Assembly (NCBI GenBank): GCA_025786725.1
Contig: JAHLTZ010000034.1
Span: 124,001-188,000, forward strand
Source of the DNA: Syncephalis fuscata S228
Taxonomy: Eukaryota > Fungi > Zoopagomycota
DNA length: 64,000 bases
Direction: 5' to 3'
Shown here: piece by piece, positions 1-13,921 of the stretch
Layout: each line of letters starts with the position of its first letter
Numbering within the stretch: the first letter of the stretch is position 1
The notes under the pieces: model-generated
Databases searched by the model: none
Told to the model about the DNA's origin: nothing
Seen by the model: only the letters and a program-made list of their open reading frames with translations
Translations under genes and position numbers: made by a program

Positions 1-486
1 TTCACCGACATTGGAACCAGTACCGGATGCAGCACAGAAACGTAGTAAAATGGATGATAATGCGCCACAAGACGTTACTCCACTGCCACCGACCACAATG
101 ACATCCAGTCAAGTAGCTGATGTGACAGTAACAGCAACGGCAAAAATACCTGCAGCCTCTTTATTATCGCCACCATCGCCGGAACAGCCCAATCCAACAG
201 CTTCAACGGCATCGCCGCCTGCATCATCTGTATCGCCACAGCAAGCAAGTCATAATACAACAGGTACATCATCACACAATCACCACCTGTATCGACTAGT
301 AACACTACTGCTACTGCATCGATGGCATTGGAGAATAGCCATAAAGACAACGATACTACTAACAGACACAATAACGGCATTACTAACAATGACGATGACG
401 ATGATGCTGAAGATGGTGAAATTGTAGATGATGCACCGTCAACAAGTGCAGAACCATCCGCTACTTCGGTTACACCGCCTTCATAA
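1..486 (+). CDS. 3' end of an unidentified gene (low-complexity S/T/P- and D-rich tail), truncated by the window edge
   Basis: Frame 2 is open from the window start. The plausible end (…DDDDAEDGEIVDDAPSTSAEPSATSVTPPS*) is in frame 1 with TAA at 484-486, implying an indel near 270-300. Confidence 0.5.
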
Positions 487-755
487 GCGCTACTTTAAAA
501 TCATGTAACTTTTTTTTGACATTTTCCTCATTTCAATTATTTGCATGGCTTTCAACAAGTCATTAAAATAAAATTTCGTGATTCATTGCTTTCGCCTATT
601 GTATCCCTTTCATTACAAGTGTATTGTTGTCTATTTAATAATGAACTATAAAATGTACAATTATTACTAATTGCTAAAATGATAATCACACTACTTTAAT
701 TAAAATAATGATTTTAAAAGTTGAAACGAATGGTATTAAAATGATATTGACGTAT

Positions 756-1600
756 TTATCGCCGTCCTTTCTTTCCTTTCTTCTTTTTACTGCTGCTACT
801 ACTGCCTTCGGCTGTTGCTGTTGCTGTTGCTGATGATGAAGCACCTTCTATAGCGGCAGTTTTTGATGAAGAGGCACCACCACTATTACTACCAGCACCG
901 CCAAATGCTTCAGTTAGAGCTGCCCATTCAGGTGGTACATTACTAGGAGCTGGCGGTAAAGTAGGCTGAATATCCGGTAATAAAGCACCCACTTTACGCA
1001 TTAAAGCCTTGCCTATATTAGTATTAGTATTAGTGTTAGTGTTAAAAGCTTTTAATAGCTAATAGAAAGATAGCTTACGATTAGGGACTGCACTATTAGC
1101 TGGTTTGCCATTAATCTTTAATTGAACGCGTACTCGACCCAGCACACCAAAGTTGCGAGGATGCATTTTATGTGGCTATTGCCGAATATTAATAGTCCAA
1201 TATTTGTATTAATAAACTGTAATATTCTATAATCAACGGTGTTATGATATTTACCTCAAATGCTACCATAAGTCGTAGTTTCTTGGCTGCTTCAACAATG
1301 GCGCGTGCATCTGGTTGAGGATAAGCGTAGATTTTGGCTACTTTGCGACCATCTTCCAGTGACCGATCGGCATCAAAGTAGATCGGATAGAGACATACCC
1401 AACTAATGTCACCCGTTAGACAATCTATTAGCTAGCTAGTGCTGCAAGTGCTATATCAGAGTAGCGCTGTAGCTTATAGTCACTTACTCTTTGAATAATT
1501 CATCTGAATTGACATAGCGTACATTGCCGTAACCTTCCACGTGCTGTACCTGTTCCTCTCCCGCTGGTAGCGGGTAATCCATATCATCAATATCATCCAT
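756..1600 (-). CDS. SRP19: Signal recognition particle 19 kDa subunit (SRP19/Sec65), spliced
   Basis: Exons read WVCLYPIYFDADRSLEDGRKV, PHKMHPRNFGVLGRVRVQLK and a basic KKKKGKKGRR tail; GT-AG introns. Confidence 0.93.
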
Positions 1601-1886
1601 AATGAATAAAGCAAATAAATAATATGCAATAAAGCGTGTCAACTAAAGATTCACGTTCCAATTGACAGGATACTATGCGTGGAAAGAGTCGTGAGCTATC
1701 ATGGCTATAGCTCTTTTCTATGTCTACTAGTTAGACTTGTGTCAAGTGTTAATTACTAGTTGTTTTGGTACAGATACAATTATTTGATGTGTTATTTACT
1801 GAACAGTAATTGGTAGCACTACACATCATTACCAAAAATTTAATAAAAAATGTAACATTTGTCTTTATTTTACTCAATAATTCAGT

Positions 1887-3562
1887 ATGCGTTTTATACT
1901 GCACTCACAGCAAACAGGGACTTTTCTCCACAAAACAATAACGTTAAAAAAAGTGCCGTTTAAAGCAATATCACAGCTACAATACTGTCGATCCTTATCT
2001 ACAACTAGAACCGATGATTTTAGCCCGAATGTTGATCATACTCCAGTGTTACTTTCAGAGGTATTAGAACGACTAAAACCAAAATCAGATCAATGGTATT
2101 GCGATGCAACATTCGGTGCAGGTGGATATACGCGTGGTATTCTTGGTAAACAAATAGCTTAATTTATATAGTTTAAAATCTAACCAGCTCTATCAGATGC
2201 GGCCAGCTGCAAGGTTGTAGCGATAGATCGAGATATTGAGGGCATCGAAAGAGCAAATCAGCTAGCTACTCAACCAGCATACACGTAAGTATAGATAGTT
2301 ATGTAGCGACTGATCTATACGTGTATTAACTGTCTATAGTGGCCGTTTATTACCTATAATGGGCCAATTTGGCCATTTACGATCATTAGTTGAAGCTAGT
2401 ACACAATTAAAGTAAGTGGAATATAATTAAAATAAGCAACAATCTCACAACTAGTAGAGAGCCATGCTTTGATGGTATAGTATTTGATATCGGTGTTTCT
2501 AGTATGCAGGTACTTTACGATGCATTTTATATTTACAACGCTATATTTATAGGCAAAAATGACAGATTGACAATGCAGAAAGAGGATTTTCCTATCGCTG
2601 GGATGGTCCCTTAGATATGCGTATGGATACGTTGCAGCCTAGTGATACTGCGGCTGATCTAATCAATAGTTTGGACATAGCAGAGTTGGAACGTTTATTT
2701 TTTACGGTAATTAATAAATCTACAATATCTAGTTTATTGAAATGATAAATAACATAACAAAGTATGGCGGAGAACATCATTCACGGCGTATTGCTAGAGC
2801 TATTGGTGTTGCACGTACACAATCGCCTATTTTACGCACAAGTCAACTTACAGAGTTAGTGTTGAAGACAGTGCGTGGTCGAACAGCCGACCCTTACAGA
2901 AGTGTTGCACGTATATTCCAAAGGTAGCTATATATATATATATAGCTGTCTACATACTTATAATTGATATTTATTAACAGTTTACGAATACAAATCAACG
3001 ACGAAGTAAATTATTACAATTAGTATACAATTATTAGCAGTTAACTGACGTAACATTAGATAGGAGAGCTAAAACGTGGATTGCTTGCTGCTGAACGTCT
3101 TCTTCAGCCGGGTGGACGATTAATAGTGGTTAATTTTCATTCATTAGAGGATCAATAACCAAGGATTTCTTGTATCGATGTGCGGGACGTCGTTCGTTGG
3201 AAGGAAAGAGCAAAGGTAAATAGCACTATTGATGGATTAGACAATTAAATGTTGATTAACTATTAATAGATCGCGTTGAGCGTAAACAGAGACGTGCACG
3301 TAAAGAACAGCTAGCGCAAAACGCCGACAATTGGATGCCAACAAATACAGCGTCATTAATAGATTCTGTTCATGAGTCGATTGTTGATGATGAGAAACAA
3401 TTAGCATCATCTATTGATTCATCGCATGAATACGAGTCTGAATATTCGTTCAAGTTGATGGAAAGAAAAGCCATTCGACCAACGACTCAAGAGAAGGAAC
3501 GTAATCCTCGTAGTCAATCAGCAAAATTGCGCTATGCAATACAACTAAAGCACCATCTTTAG
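1887..3562 (+). CDS. METTL15: RsmH/MraW-family rRNA m4C methyltransferase (METTL15-like, probably mitochondrial), multi-exon
   Basis: Motifs [59 protein letters not shown]; basic presequence-like N-terminus; apparent 1-bp deletion near 3153. Confidence 0.92.
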
Positions 3563-3731
3563 CTCCATATGATTTAAATTGACCAGTCTATTAATAAACA
3601 ATGTAATCCTAAATATTTTTACATATTGCTATTACACAACTGGAATAGAATAACATTAAATGACAATAGACCAGCTTATCATTGTTTGTTAATAGTATAA
3701 TATGCATTTATTAAATAACCGTATACAATAT

Positions 3732-5095
3732 TTATGACATATCCGAAGTCGAGAGAAAAGACTTATCATCGATTGAGGGATTTTTACGTTCAAATTTAAT
3801 GTTACCTTTGACGTAATGGCTAGCACCGCATGAAGACATTATTCTAGCCGGCAGTCCAGGTGAAGCCGAGTGCATGTCACTGGTAGGCAGCCCATTGGCG
3901 GAAAGGCCGCCGGCCGCTGGATTGGCCGTCAAGCGACGAGACCGAGCCAAAATGGCTTCCACCACGTCAAATGCATTCGGCTCATCCTCCTCCGCTGCAA
4001 TGGCTGCTAATGAAGGCCGAGTCTAAAATAATAACAAATACGCAAGTATAAATTATTCTATTGCTGCAGATAAATATCACAAGTCTTACCAGCTGTAGAG
4101 CAGTAAAACGAGTAAAGCTACGGGCATGCTGGTTGATGGCTCTGCTTAGTGTCATTTCACCGACACCGCGTAAATGAGAGTTATTACCTAAAATAAAATA
4201 TTTTAAACATATATACTTGCTATTAATAACAAAAATTGCTTACCATCCGGTGCACCTTGAGATGATGTGTCATTGGTAGACATATCCAACGACCGCCTTA
4301 TATTGTCTCGCTTAATAAGACCTGATTGATCGTCTGACAAATTTCGTTGGTGTTTGTGGTGCTCTTTAATAATGCCCGACAAATCGACGTTAATTTGCGA
4401 CATGTTTAAAGGTGGGCTGTAAAACATATCAACGGTTATATTGTGCCAGTGTAAATGCCTTGCATACTTACGTCCTATACACAATATCACCAAATGTTTG
4501 TCGTAGATTGATGGTCAACTAATTGGTAATAATTTAGCTTAGTCTACATTTGCACATCACCAGTCTTACCACTAATGTTGAATTCATTTTTGAATCTTGT
4601 AATAAATAGCTTCGGCTCTGTCGTGATAATCCCACATACTCTGACAGATTCAGTCGTAGTACGCCAATCCATTCCGTTTCTCCCCCACCTACTAAAACCT
4701 AAACAATGACTGTTGCTCGTGTCATGAATATTACAACATAGTACTATGACCTACATGGCAGATACGTAAACGGAGCGGGCAAGGCAGTAGCATGCCGTCC
4801 TTGCCTATCATAAATGAAAAGGTTCCTTGCACTGCACTTTGCCAGCTTATACAGTGGCCACGAATAGGTGCGCTGTTTGTTGATGCTTGGTATAAGCAGT
4901 AGCAAGTATCGGACGAACAAATACTTACCGCTCAGTCACACCGGCTTCTCGAGAACCTGTTGCGTCGCGTATACGCCATTGTACGTAATACGTACCACTA
5001 ATAAGTGGCACATCTCGTAATTCCTGTATTTCTAAAGACAATTCCGCTTTGACCAGTCGGTCCTTGGGCACAAATAGACGCTGAAAAGAATTCAT
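3732..5095 (-). CDS. NT-C2 (EEIG1/EHBP1 N-terminal C2) domain protein, spliced
   Basis: LEIQELRDVPLISGTYYVQWR … IGVLRLNLSEYVG … RSYLLQDSKMNSTL fits the fungal NT-C2 pattern. Confidence 0.8.
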
Positions 5096-5499
5096 TGGGA
5101 CAACGGAGTAAATGACAATGATGAAAGGTGTTCCTTGAAATAAACATGTGATTTGTGTTCTATTGTTTTTTGTCATTGTATCTGTGCTACAATCATTGCA
5201 ATATCTTTTGTATGGATTAAAACGACAGCTTCTTGACTTTTATTGCCGTTTAATATAGTATTAACTATGTTTAACCGGTCCATACAAATGTTTAGTGATT
5301 ATTAGTATACTAAAACCAACAAGCTGCTATTAAGCTTAAAATATACGCAATGTTATAACCATTACATAGTTGTAATAATTGAATTTATAAAATTGACTTA
5401 AAAATACTTGTTTAATAAAAATAAAATAAAAGTAGCAATCAAAATGACATATCTATTATTTTATAGTCTTCGTTATCTACTATCACCCTCGCATTTCTT

Positions 5500-7046
5500 G
5501 TATTAAACATATCGTTTAGTAATAAAGAGTGATAATATGTGGTCAGCTTTATAATAAAGTATTACGAGTCAAGTGCTTTTTGTATAAGTATTTGAATTTC
5601 TTTGCCCAAGGTTTTAATACGATTTAAATGAGTTAAATCTATTGCCTTAAATGTTTTGTCGTGCTTAGATTATAAAGAACAATCTTCCCATATATATGAA
5701 AAAAAATTACATCTGTTCTATTACGGGAATAAGTTTAACATTAGCTAAAAGTTTCTTCATTGCTTGTGCTAGTATAGTGCCATCGGTTATGCTGTGAATG
5801 TCCATTCTTTTTAGACCAACAAGAATGCGGTTAGAACCAAATAGTGGTACTGTACTAAAAAAACCGTTATGTGTCCAAATGGGCTTTACATCTTCATGCA
5901 AGTATTTGAGTAGCCGCATTTGTTGAAATCATGGCCAAGGTTATTCCATTCTGTTTGTAACCTTTGAACTCCAAATTGATTAGATTTTCAATCAAAACTC
6001 GATTATCATCCAGTTTTTAATAAAAAATCAAGCATTCTGTATTTGTAAAGCGGATTTCTCCTTGCATTAAACAGCGCGGACCATATCCTAGACGACGATT
6101 TGAAAACTCCCATACATTCCATTTGATTGTGTTAGTGGTGTCTGAGTGATGCATTGATATGCTAAATATAGTTGCTGCTTCTTCAGTAACTCTCAATAAA
6201 AAGACTTCTCCTTGATGCGTTTTAATAGTACCCATGCACATTTGACCGTTAGCCAGATCAAAAACGCGCGTGGTTATTATTCTATTAAATCTATTCGTTT
6301 CTCTGTCTATTATCTCAAATGATTAATCATCATCCAGCGACCACAATGCTTGCATCATCGCATAAACAGGAAAATTGACGCGGCTGCATGATTGAAACTC
6401 GATTTACTGGCCAGATAGAAATAGTGCATGTTTTTCCACAAATAAGATTTGCACTATTTGCTTGTTCACTAATCGCCACCACAAATTTATCTGATATCAA
6501 ACATTGTTTTATCAGCAATATATAGTCTACATCATCGGAAAATAGTCTACACAAGCGCCAAAATCGTTTGTTAGATGCTTCTCCTATGGGTTGACATTGC
6601 TCAACAATAAAGCATTTCTGCGGATCAATATGGTAATGTTCAATTCGCTGCAATACAATAGAACGTGTGTTGTCTGGTTCCTTTTCCACTACATCTTTGA
6701 CTGGATACGGTGTATCCTTAAGCCAATTTGCATCAGTAGCACGTCGGTAGCAAAATGCATAAAACCATTCAATATGCTGGCTATTTAACTGAGCCGTGTT
6801 GACTGTTTTTTTGGCCTGTGGTGCCAATAACTTTGATGCACGCACGGTCTTTACATACCAGGCCAGCCATTTTATTTCATTGCCCTCGGCAAGGTTGTAA
6901 TCAAGCTTATATCGCTGATACCAGAGATTATTATGTTGTCTAACACAATACCGCAACCATTTGCTGCAACATGAAAGCAGAACAAGTGTATCATTGTCGG
7001 CAAATACAGCAACACGTCCAATAACAACTATAGGAATATGATCCAT
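5500..7046 (-). pseudogene. Intronless F-box-like protein gene, disrupted by frameshifts and an in-frame stop
   Basis: N-terminus MDHIPIVVIGRVAVFADNDTLVLLSCCSKWLRY…LW resembles an F-box. Coding-like sequence continues through ORFs 6017-6241 and 5707-5919 across shifts near 6350 and 6318 and a TAA at 6017-6019. The 3' boundary is approximate. Confidence 0.55.
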
Positions 7047-7487
7047 GGTGCATAAGTGAATAAGACAAGAAAAGGATGGTAGCTAGATTGCTAAAAGCTA
7101 TTCATACTATAATACTTTATTAGCGATAGACAATCATAGCGCATATTTATAATCAACATATGCTAGATGCATACTTTGGATTTATATATATCATGCAGAT
7201 TTCAAAGCCCTTGAACCTTTGAACCAACGCTCCATTTACAATACAACCATCATACTCATATCACATATTCTAGTTATCACGATAATGATATATATCATTA
7301 ATAAAATAGATTACTTATTACTAGCTATATTTATTGTAGATATTGGTTCGTTTTAATGTTATACACTCTATAATCTCATCATTAATAGCCACACACCAAA
7401 TCTATTACAAACAGTAGTGCCACTTATCATAGTTGACATTAGGCCATCATTCTATAGTTATATGCTAATATATTTATTTTACAGCGG

Positions 7488-10036
7488 TTAATGCAAACTG
7501 TTTGAATCTAACACAACCACCTATAGGGTCAATTGTCACCATAATTAGTCATACTACACTATAGAAATATAAAACCTGCAGGTAATTTACCTTATTGTTT
7601 GAAAAACATGCTGCTAGCCGTGTATTATCGGCATTCCAACCCACTTCAAAAATGCCACCACTACCTTGATAAGACTTTATTAAAGTACCCTCCTAATTAG
7701 CCATAATTAAAAATAGATAGCGTTATCATTCTATTCTACATATATACGCATATATAGTAGCAATTACCTGAACGTCCCATACACCTAGTTGGAAATCAAA
7801 TGACCCACTGGCCAATAGACAGCCATCTCGACTAAAGCCTAACGAGTAGACGTTGGCGGTATGGAAGGTCAACGTATGAAGTAGATCTCCCGTATCGGCA
7901 TTCCATAAACGAACAATGAAATCAAACGACGCCCTAACATTAACGAATAAGCAAACGTTAGAATAATAAAGATAGCGGCAAAGTCAATAGTAATATACTT
8001 ACGTAGCTAGTAAACGCGCCACTCCTTGTCGATCAACCCCCACCGCTTCTTGACCTGATACGAATGGCGATAGAATGGGACGCCATTGCATCGCATAAAT
8101 AGGACCTTTTGCCACTAGTGTATGAATGGCCTGTGCACAATCCATACTCCACGTCTAATCATTTTAATTAAATATTCATTAGTACCATGACACTACACCA
8201 CACTAACAGGTGCATTCATTGACATCTACCTTGGCTGTAGCATCGTCGGCACTAGAGGCAAGTATCTGGCCGGTAGGATCCCATCGTACACAGTTAACCT
8301 CATTCTATTAAATCATATAAGTATAACCTAATAGTCTATTGATTTACTTACTTCGTGACCTTCAAATCGAATAGTAGGTTCCGATGATGTAGTACTAAAA
8401 ATACATATAGTCTTATCAATAGACGATGAAGCAAATGTTGTATCATCCCTCCAATCAAGATCTAGAACTGATTCTATAGCTCATTCTATTAACAAGGGCA
8501 TTATCGTATAAATCTATTGATGGTACCTGCATGAGCACGATAGGTGCGTATTTCTTCACCTCGAATTGTTTCCCATAGAACAATACTATGATCGGCACTG
8601 CCTGATACAAGCATAGTACCTGATTTGTTCCATTTAAGTGCAAATACTGGTCCTGTATGCTGAACCATTAAGAATCGCATAGCCCCTATTATATTATTAA
8701 TTATTAATTATTAATTATAAACCATTAAATTCAGCATCCAACTCACCTTCAAGTGTCCAAATACGCACTTGACCATCAAATGATCCAGTAGCCAAAAGTG
8801 TACCCGTTGGCTAATAGATACCATGATTACTATTAATATTGTTACTATGGTCATATTACTTACATTCCAACAAAGTGTGGTTACTTGATTCTTGCCATCA
8901 GATGGCCATGGAGGATGACTAAGTATACTGGCTGTTGGTGCAGTAGTATTTCCACTAGCTGGTAATTTCCATATCCTTGCGGTACCATCTCCTGATCTAT
9001 AATAATTACGTTTATATATTATATCATAGTATCTCTCTCTTTATTGACCTACCCCGATGCATAAATATCTGACTGTTTAGGATTCCATGCTCCTACATAC
9101 ACCTAATACTTTTATTAATAACTATAAACATTAATGATAATAACTAGTCTACCTCAGCCTCGTGACCCATTAGACTTAATACTTGACTATCAGGAATAAC
9201 TCTTGATTTATCCAGTGCTACTACAGTATCCATCATTATTTGTGTACTTTACCATATCTATTTACTTACCTGGTGTAATATCAACTGACATAGTTGCAGT
9301 GGCCGCCTCTTCATCAGCTTTAATTAAACTTGATGTTTCACGACGACCTCGACGATCTTTACCATTATTACTAGTATTATTAACACCACCTCGTCTTCCA
9401 CCACGTTGACCACTTGAAATACCACGTCGTTCATTCGACTCATTATTCTGATCCATGGATGTTCCATGTTCATTCCCATCTTCATCCATAGGCTGTACAT
9501 TGGCATCAGTATCATCTTTATCCATCCTCATCATCATAGCCGATGAAGAAGATGACGCTGTTATAGATGGTAACGATGTTTGTTGTTGTTGTTGTTGTGT
9601 TGATAATCCCGAATGATCATCATTTTGTTTATCAATAAGCTTTTTACGAGATTTAATTGAACATTCATGTGGTTGTATTAACGAGAATGGTGCATCACAC
9701 TCTATCTCTGTACCATCCTATCATTATCATAAATGAATGAATATGCATGTTATATAATACAAAATACTACTTACTTGATTAACATGTTGTTCTAAGCGCA
9801 TATACTGTAATCCTTTGTGAATAACTCGAATAAGTGCACCCGGCTGAATACTCTCCTCTAGTAGGCCGGTCTCTTCTAGCTGTGATTCGTGATGAAAGGC
9901 AAATGCCGCATGTCGAAATCCTACTCTATATTAACGATACTATATGCCACTGTAACTAGATATGCCTACCCGACTCTTCAAGATAGCGAAACACCAAGGC
10001 ATTCACCTCTTCGCTACGGATGGTCACCGTGGGCAT
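7488..10036 (-). CDS. SIF2: LisH + WD40 corepressor subunit (TBL1/Ebi/Sif2), multi-exon
   Basis: SEEVNALVFRYLEESGFRHAAFAF (LisH), PGALIRVIHKGLQY, WD repeats (LATGSFDGQVRIW, GGIFEVGWN). Confidence 0.92.
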
Positions 10037-10489
10037 GCTAATAATGCGTGCAACGTCAATGTATAGTGTTGTATGTAAAAGTCGACTACAGAATATTCAT
10101 AATACAATCGTTAGGTAAATCTATGCTATGTACGCCGCCACCATCTGTTTGGCCTACTTTTTATCGGCAGTTAGACGCGTAATTCAAAGCAATCCCTCCA
10201 TTCAAGTATGTTTAATCAAAAAGGAAAAGACTAGACGAATTGTTCAGTGTGAGTGTGAGTGTGCATAATAAGCCTCTCAATAACTAGATCATTAGCCAAT
10301 CAATGACCAGTCTATATTTGTAAATACTGTGCCCAACACTCAATTAGTCCAATGTTATTACTACCATAGCATAGTTGTAATAGTATCGTATTTTATACAT
10401 TGATCTGCTTAATGTAAATGTATTAATTCGTCAATTAATTAATTAATTAAATTTAAAATATGTTATATTTGAAACTAATAAACGATCCC

Positions 10490-12240
10490 CTACAAATCAA
10501 TCAAATTCCCCTCGGCTGCTTTAGTCGATGGAGTGGGTGATTGGTGAGGAGTGGCAAAAGAGTCACTATCATTTAACGAGGCTGTATCAATCAATGAATG
10601 GCTATTGTTGTTATTACTCTGGCCGTGTTGAGTATTCGATAGGCCATCGCGTGATCTTGAGTCTAATGCCGAATAGGATACACTAGTATCGAATATGAAT
10701 TCCTTTAATATTGTTATAGCTTGTGTATGGTCATTAGGCAGTCTACATTGTTTATAAATTACATTAATATAGATACTATTTATATAGACAGACTACTTAC
10801 GTGGGAATACGACATATCCAGCGTGGATCTTCTTGGTATATCTGTTGTTGGAAGAATCGAGCTTGCCATTCTACGTTTTCTATCTCTCGTTCTTTTGTTG
10901 TTCGGCGTTGTTCATCTTCAATTGCCGTTTTTTCATCGGTGGCCGTATCCATATCATTCTGCTTAATAGCTAAAGTTACTTTATGCCATTTACTGCAGAT
11001 TTAAATAGAATAGATTTAAATATATTAATGTATATATGTATAGTTCGTTATTTGACTTACCGTCTTGATTCAGCATTCTCTTGCTCTTCAATCGGTGCCA
11101 CAATCATAGGGAATGTATGGGAATTGTATGCATCAAAGAATACTACAGGTGGCTGTCCACTATTGACCTATTAATATTACATTTACAATTACATTAGTTA
11201 CATTTATATTGACCCAATAGTTATTGATTTATAGTTTATTTTACTTACTTTTTTGATTAATAGTTTATCGGACCATTTGCCAGTTATTTCATACAACACC
11301 TCGCCTGTTGATTCCCGTTTAATTTTACCTGCAATGGCATTATATGTACCTGTAAAGAATCCCTATTATTCAAATAATACATATATATATATATATATAT
11401 ATCAATATGCCATCTATTACCATTTAATAATATAAATTCATTTACCTTTGTTTTAAACTCAATCTCACAAACTAGATCGGTCTTTTCACAGCGCACCACT
11501 GCTGTATCTCCCAATTCCATAACCATCGTGCCAAATAGAATACCTCGAGCATAGATATTTGGCATACCAATAGTGTATATTTCACGAGGACGATTAGTGA
11601 ACTCTACAGTGGAACCACCATGCATAATTGACGCTACACTATTGCCAAGAAATTTACTCTTTGGATAAATCTGTCCTCGAATCACCAGATTATTCTCGGG
11701 CGACGCGTAGTAATAGGCCGAGACGGGCGGATGATGCGACACTTGCTCCGAAACAAAATAGGCTTGTGTTTTGTCAGGATACTCCCAACGACCACGGAAA
11801 AACTCGCCTAAAACTGGATTATAAGGTTTTTTAACACCCTGATATCCATTAGCGTTAGATAGACGCTATTAAAAGCCATAGGCCATAGAACCATAGTTAC
11901 CTTGGGTTGAATATGCCACCCGGATAGAAAGTATCGAGTAACACTGATAAAGCGTTCAAGCGGGTCCTCTACTTGAGCCACACTATTAAAGACCAGTGTT
12001 TATTAGCTAGTTTAACGCTGATCGCTATTCTAATAGTTACTTGAGAATCAATTCAGGATGGCTCATAAAGTCTGTAACGCGTTCAAGAAAGCTACGTGGC
12101 TCAAGTACAAATGTAGGCAGCGTCACTCGATGTAAATCAACTCCTTTGGACAGCTGTGAGATGATGCCAAGCAAGATGGAGCGCGATTCTTCTGGAATGA
12201 CTTCAGCACATTCAGAATCAACAGCATTGTTACTACTCAT
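10490..12240 (-). CDS. OSH6: Short oxysterol-binding protein homologue (Osh6/Osh7-like lipid transfer protein), spliced
   Basis: GVDLHRVTLPTFVLEPRSFLE, KKPYNPVLGEFF and the EQVSHHPP signature. Confidence 0.9.
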
Positions 12241-13122
12241 GGTGCTTATGGGTGGTTAGTTATCGAAGAGAACGTCCAGTTGATAAACAGCGTAACACAG
12301 TAGCTACAAGAATAATGAATAATGAAAAGGATGCAATGTTAAGCAACAATAGTGCACGCACACGATAGCAAGGAGATGGTAAACACAGTAGTGGTAAAGA
12401 GGAGTGCAAAAAGGAAGAGTAAGTAGAAGGAGTGTGTGTGTTGTTGTTGATAGAAACACTTAGCACAGTCAGAGTTTTAATTGTATTGTCGTTGAGGGAC
12501 TGATAGTAAGAGGATAAGAGAGAGAGAAAGAAAGAACGATGGATGACGAAGATCAAATGATGCGGTTATTGTAGTCATTATAGTTGTTCTGTTAACAGCC
12601 ACCATTAAATCACATCTCTATGAGTATAGATCACATGGCTCATTAGTATCAAAGATGTATATATATATTGTAGGATATATTGTTTTATTTATAAGACATA
12701 GTTAATAAGTAATTAACTAGTAGAAACTATACGGTTGTCAATAGTAGTAAGTGTAGCAATAGTGGCAATTGTCATAATATTGCTAGTTAGATATCAATAT
12801 GGTGTGTGCTTGGCAGTATAGATATGCAATGGATGGTAGAGTCAAGTCGATGGATAAAAACGAACATCGGAAATTGGTGTATTTCTGTATGCCGTTGGGG
12901 CAATTTAGCCAAGATTGCTAAAAGACATTTTATTAATTAAATTATTTGAATCAGATTTAGTTTAAACAACAAAATGGAATGGGTGGATATGTAAATAATA
13001 GTGTGTACACACATGATTAACCTTTATGACAAGCGATCTTTTTGTTTTCTACTATTTGCGTAGAATTCAGCTTTTCTCTTTCTTTCTTTCTTTCTTCTCT
13101 CTTTATTGCAACGGCGGCGGTT

Positions 13123-13543
13123 ATGACGGTAACGGCCGGTGGTGTGATCAAAACACGATTGGGTGCGTTAGCTCAATTAACGGCCCGTGTGTTTGGACAT
13201 GTGTATAATCCAACTGGCGTGCGTACTGGCAACAAGATTCTACGCCAACGATTAATTGGTCCCGCTATTACATCGTATTATCCGGCTAATTTTGGTCGAG
13301 AAATTCGTGTCTTAAAGGATGTAACGCAGAAATTTCCTGAACTGGACCTGGAGAATATGGCTGAAGAGGAGCGATTAGACGAAGTAGAGCGTCGTCGTCG
13401 TCGTGGTAAAGGACCGCCTAAGAAGGGTAAGTAGCCAGTATGGTCTATAACTAAGTAGACAATAACAATTAATTATTAACAATCTATAATTTAATTCAAT
13501 AGGTCAAGGCAAACGGGCAAAACTCGGCAAGAAAAAGAAATAA
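13123..13543 (+). CDS. RSM27: Mitochondrial ribosomal small-subunit protein mS33 (Rsm27), 2 exons
   Basis: ARVFGHVYNPTGVRTGNKILRQRLIGPAITSYYP … RGKGPPKKGQGKR. Confidence 0.92.
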
Positions 13544-13921
13544 ACTTATTCTGATAGTGATAGTAGCAATAGTAATAATTATATACGAAGACTCAATAAA
13601 TAGGACACCATTTACTATTAAACAGATGGGTTTAGATACGGAAAGATAGACGGAGGATGATTTTATATACAAATAGATTGTACAATGTTTATTTAAAGCT
13701 AATTGAAGAACAAATAGTTATAATATAAAATAGTAATTAATAATGAATTAATAAAATACAAAATATTTGTATTAAATAGATTATAAAGTATTAGCAAGTT
13801 ATTTATAAATAATTATACTTTAAACATAGGCGACAGATCTATACAGTGTTTAATATTTTTGAATTCAAATAAATGGTTAAGTAACATCATTTATTTATAT
13901 TTATCTTTCAAATTAAACACC

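Noticed and set aside
11378-11402. (TA)n and (CA)n microsatellites here and near 2926, 28800, 41130 and 43860
   Set aside because: Ordinary intronic or intergenic simple repeats.
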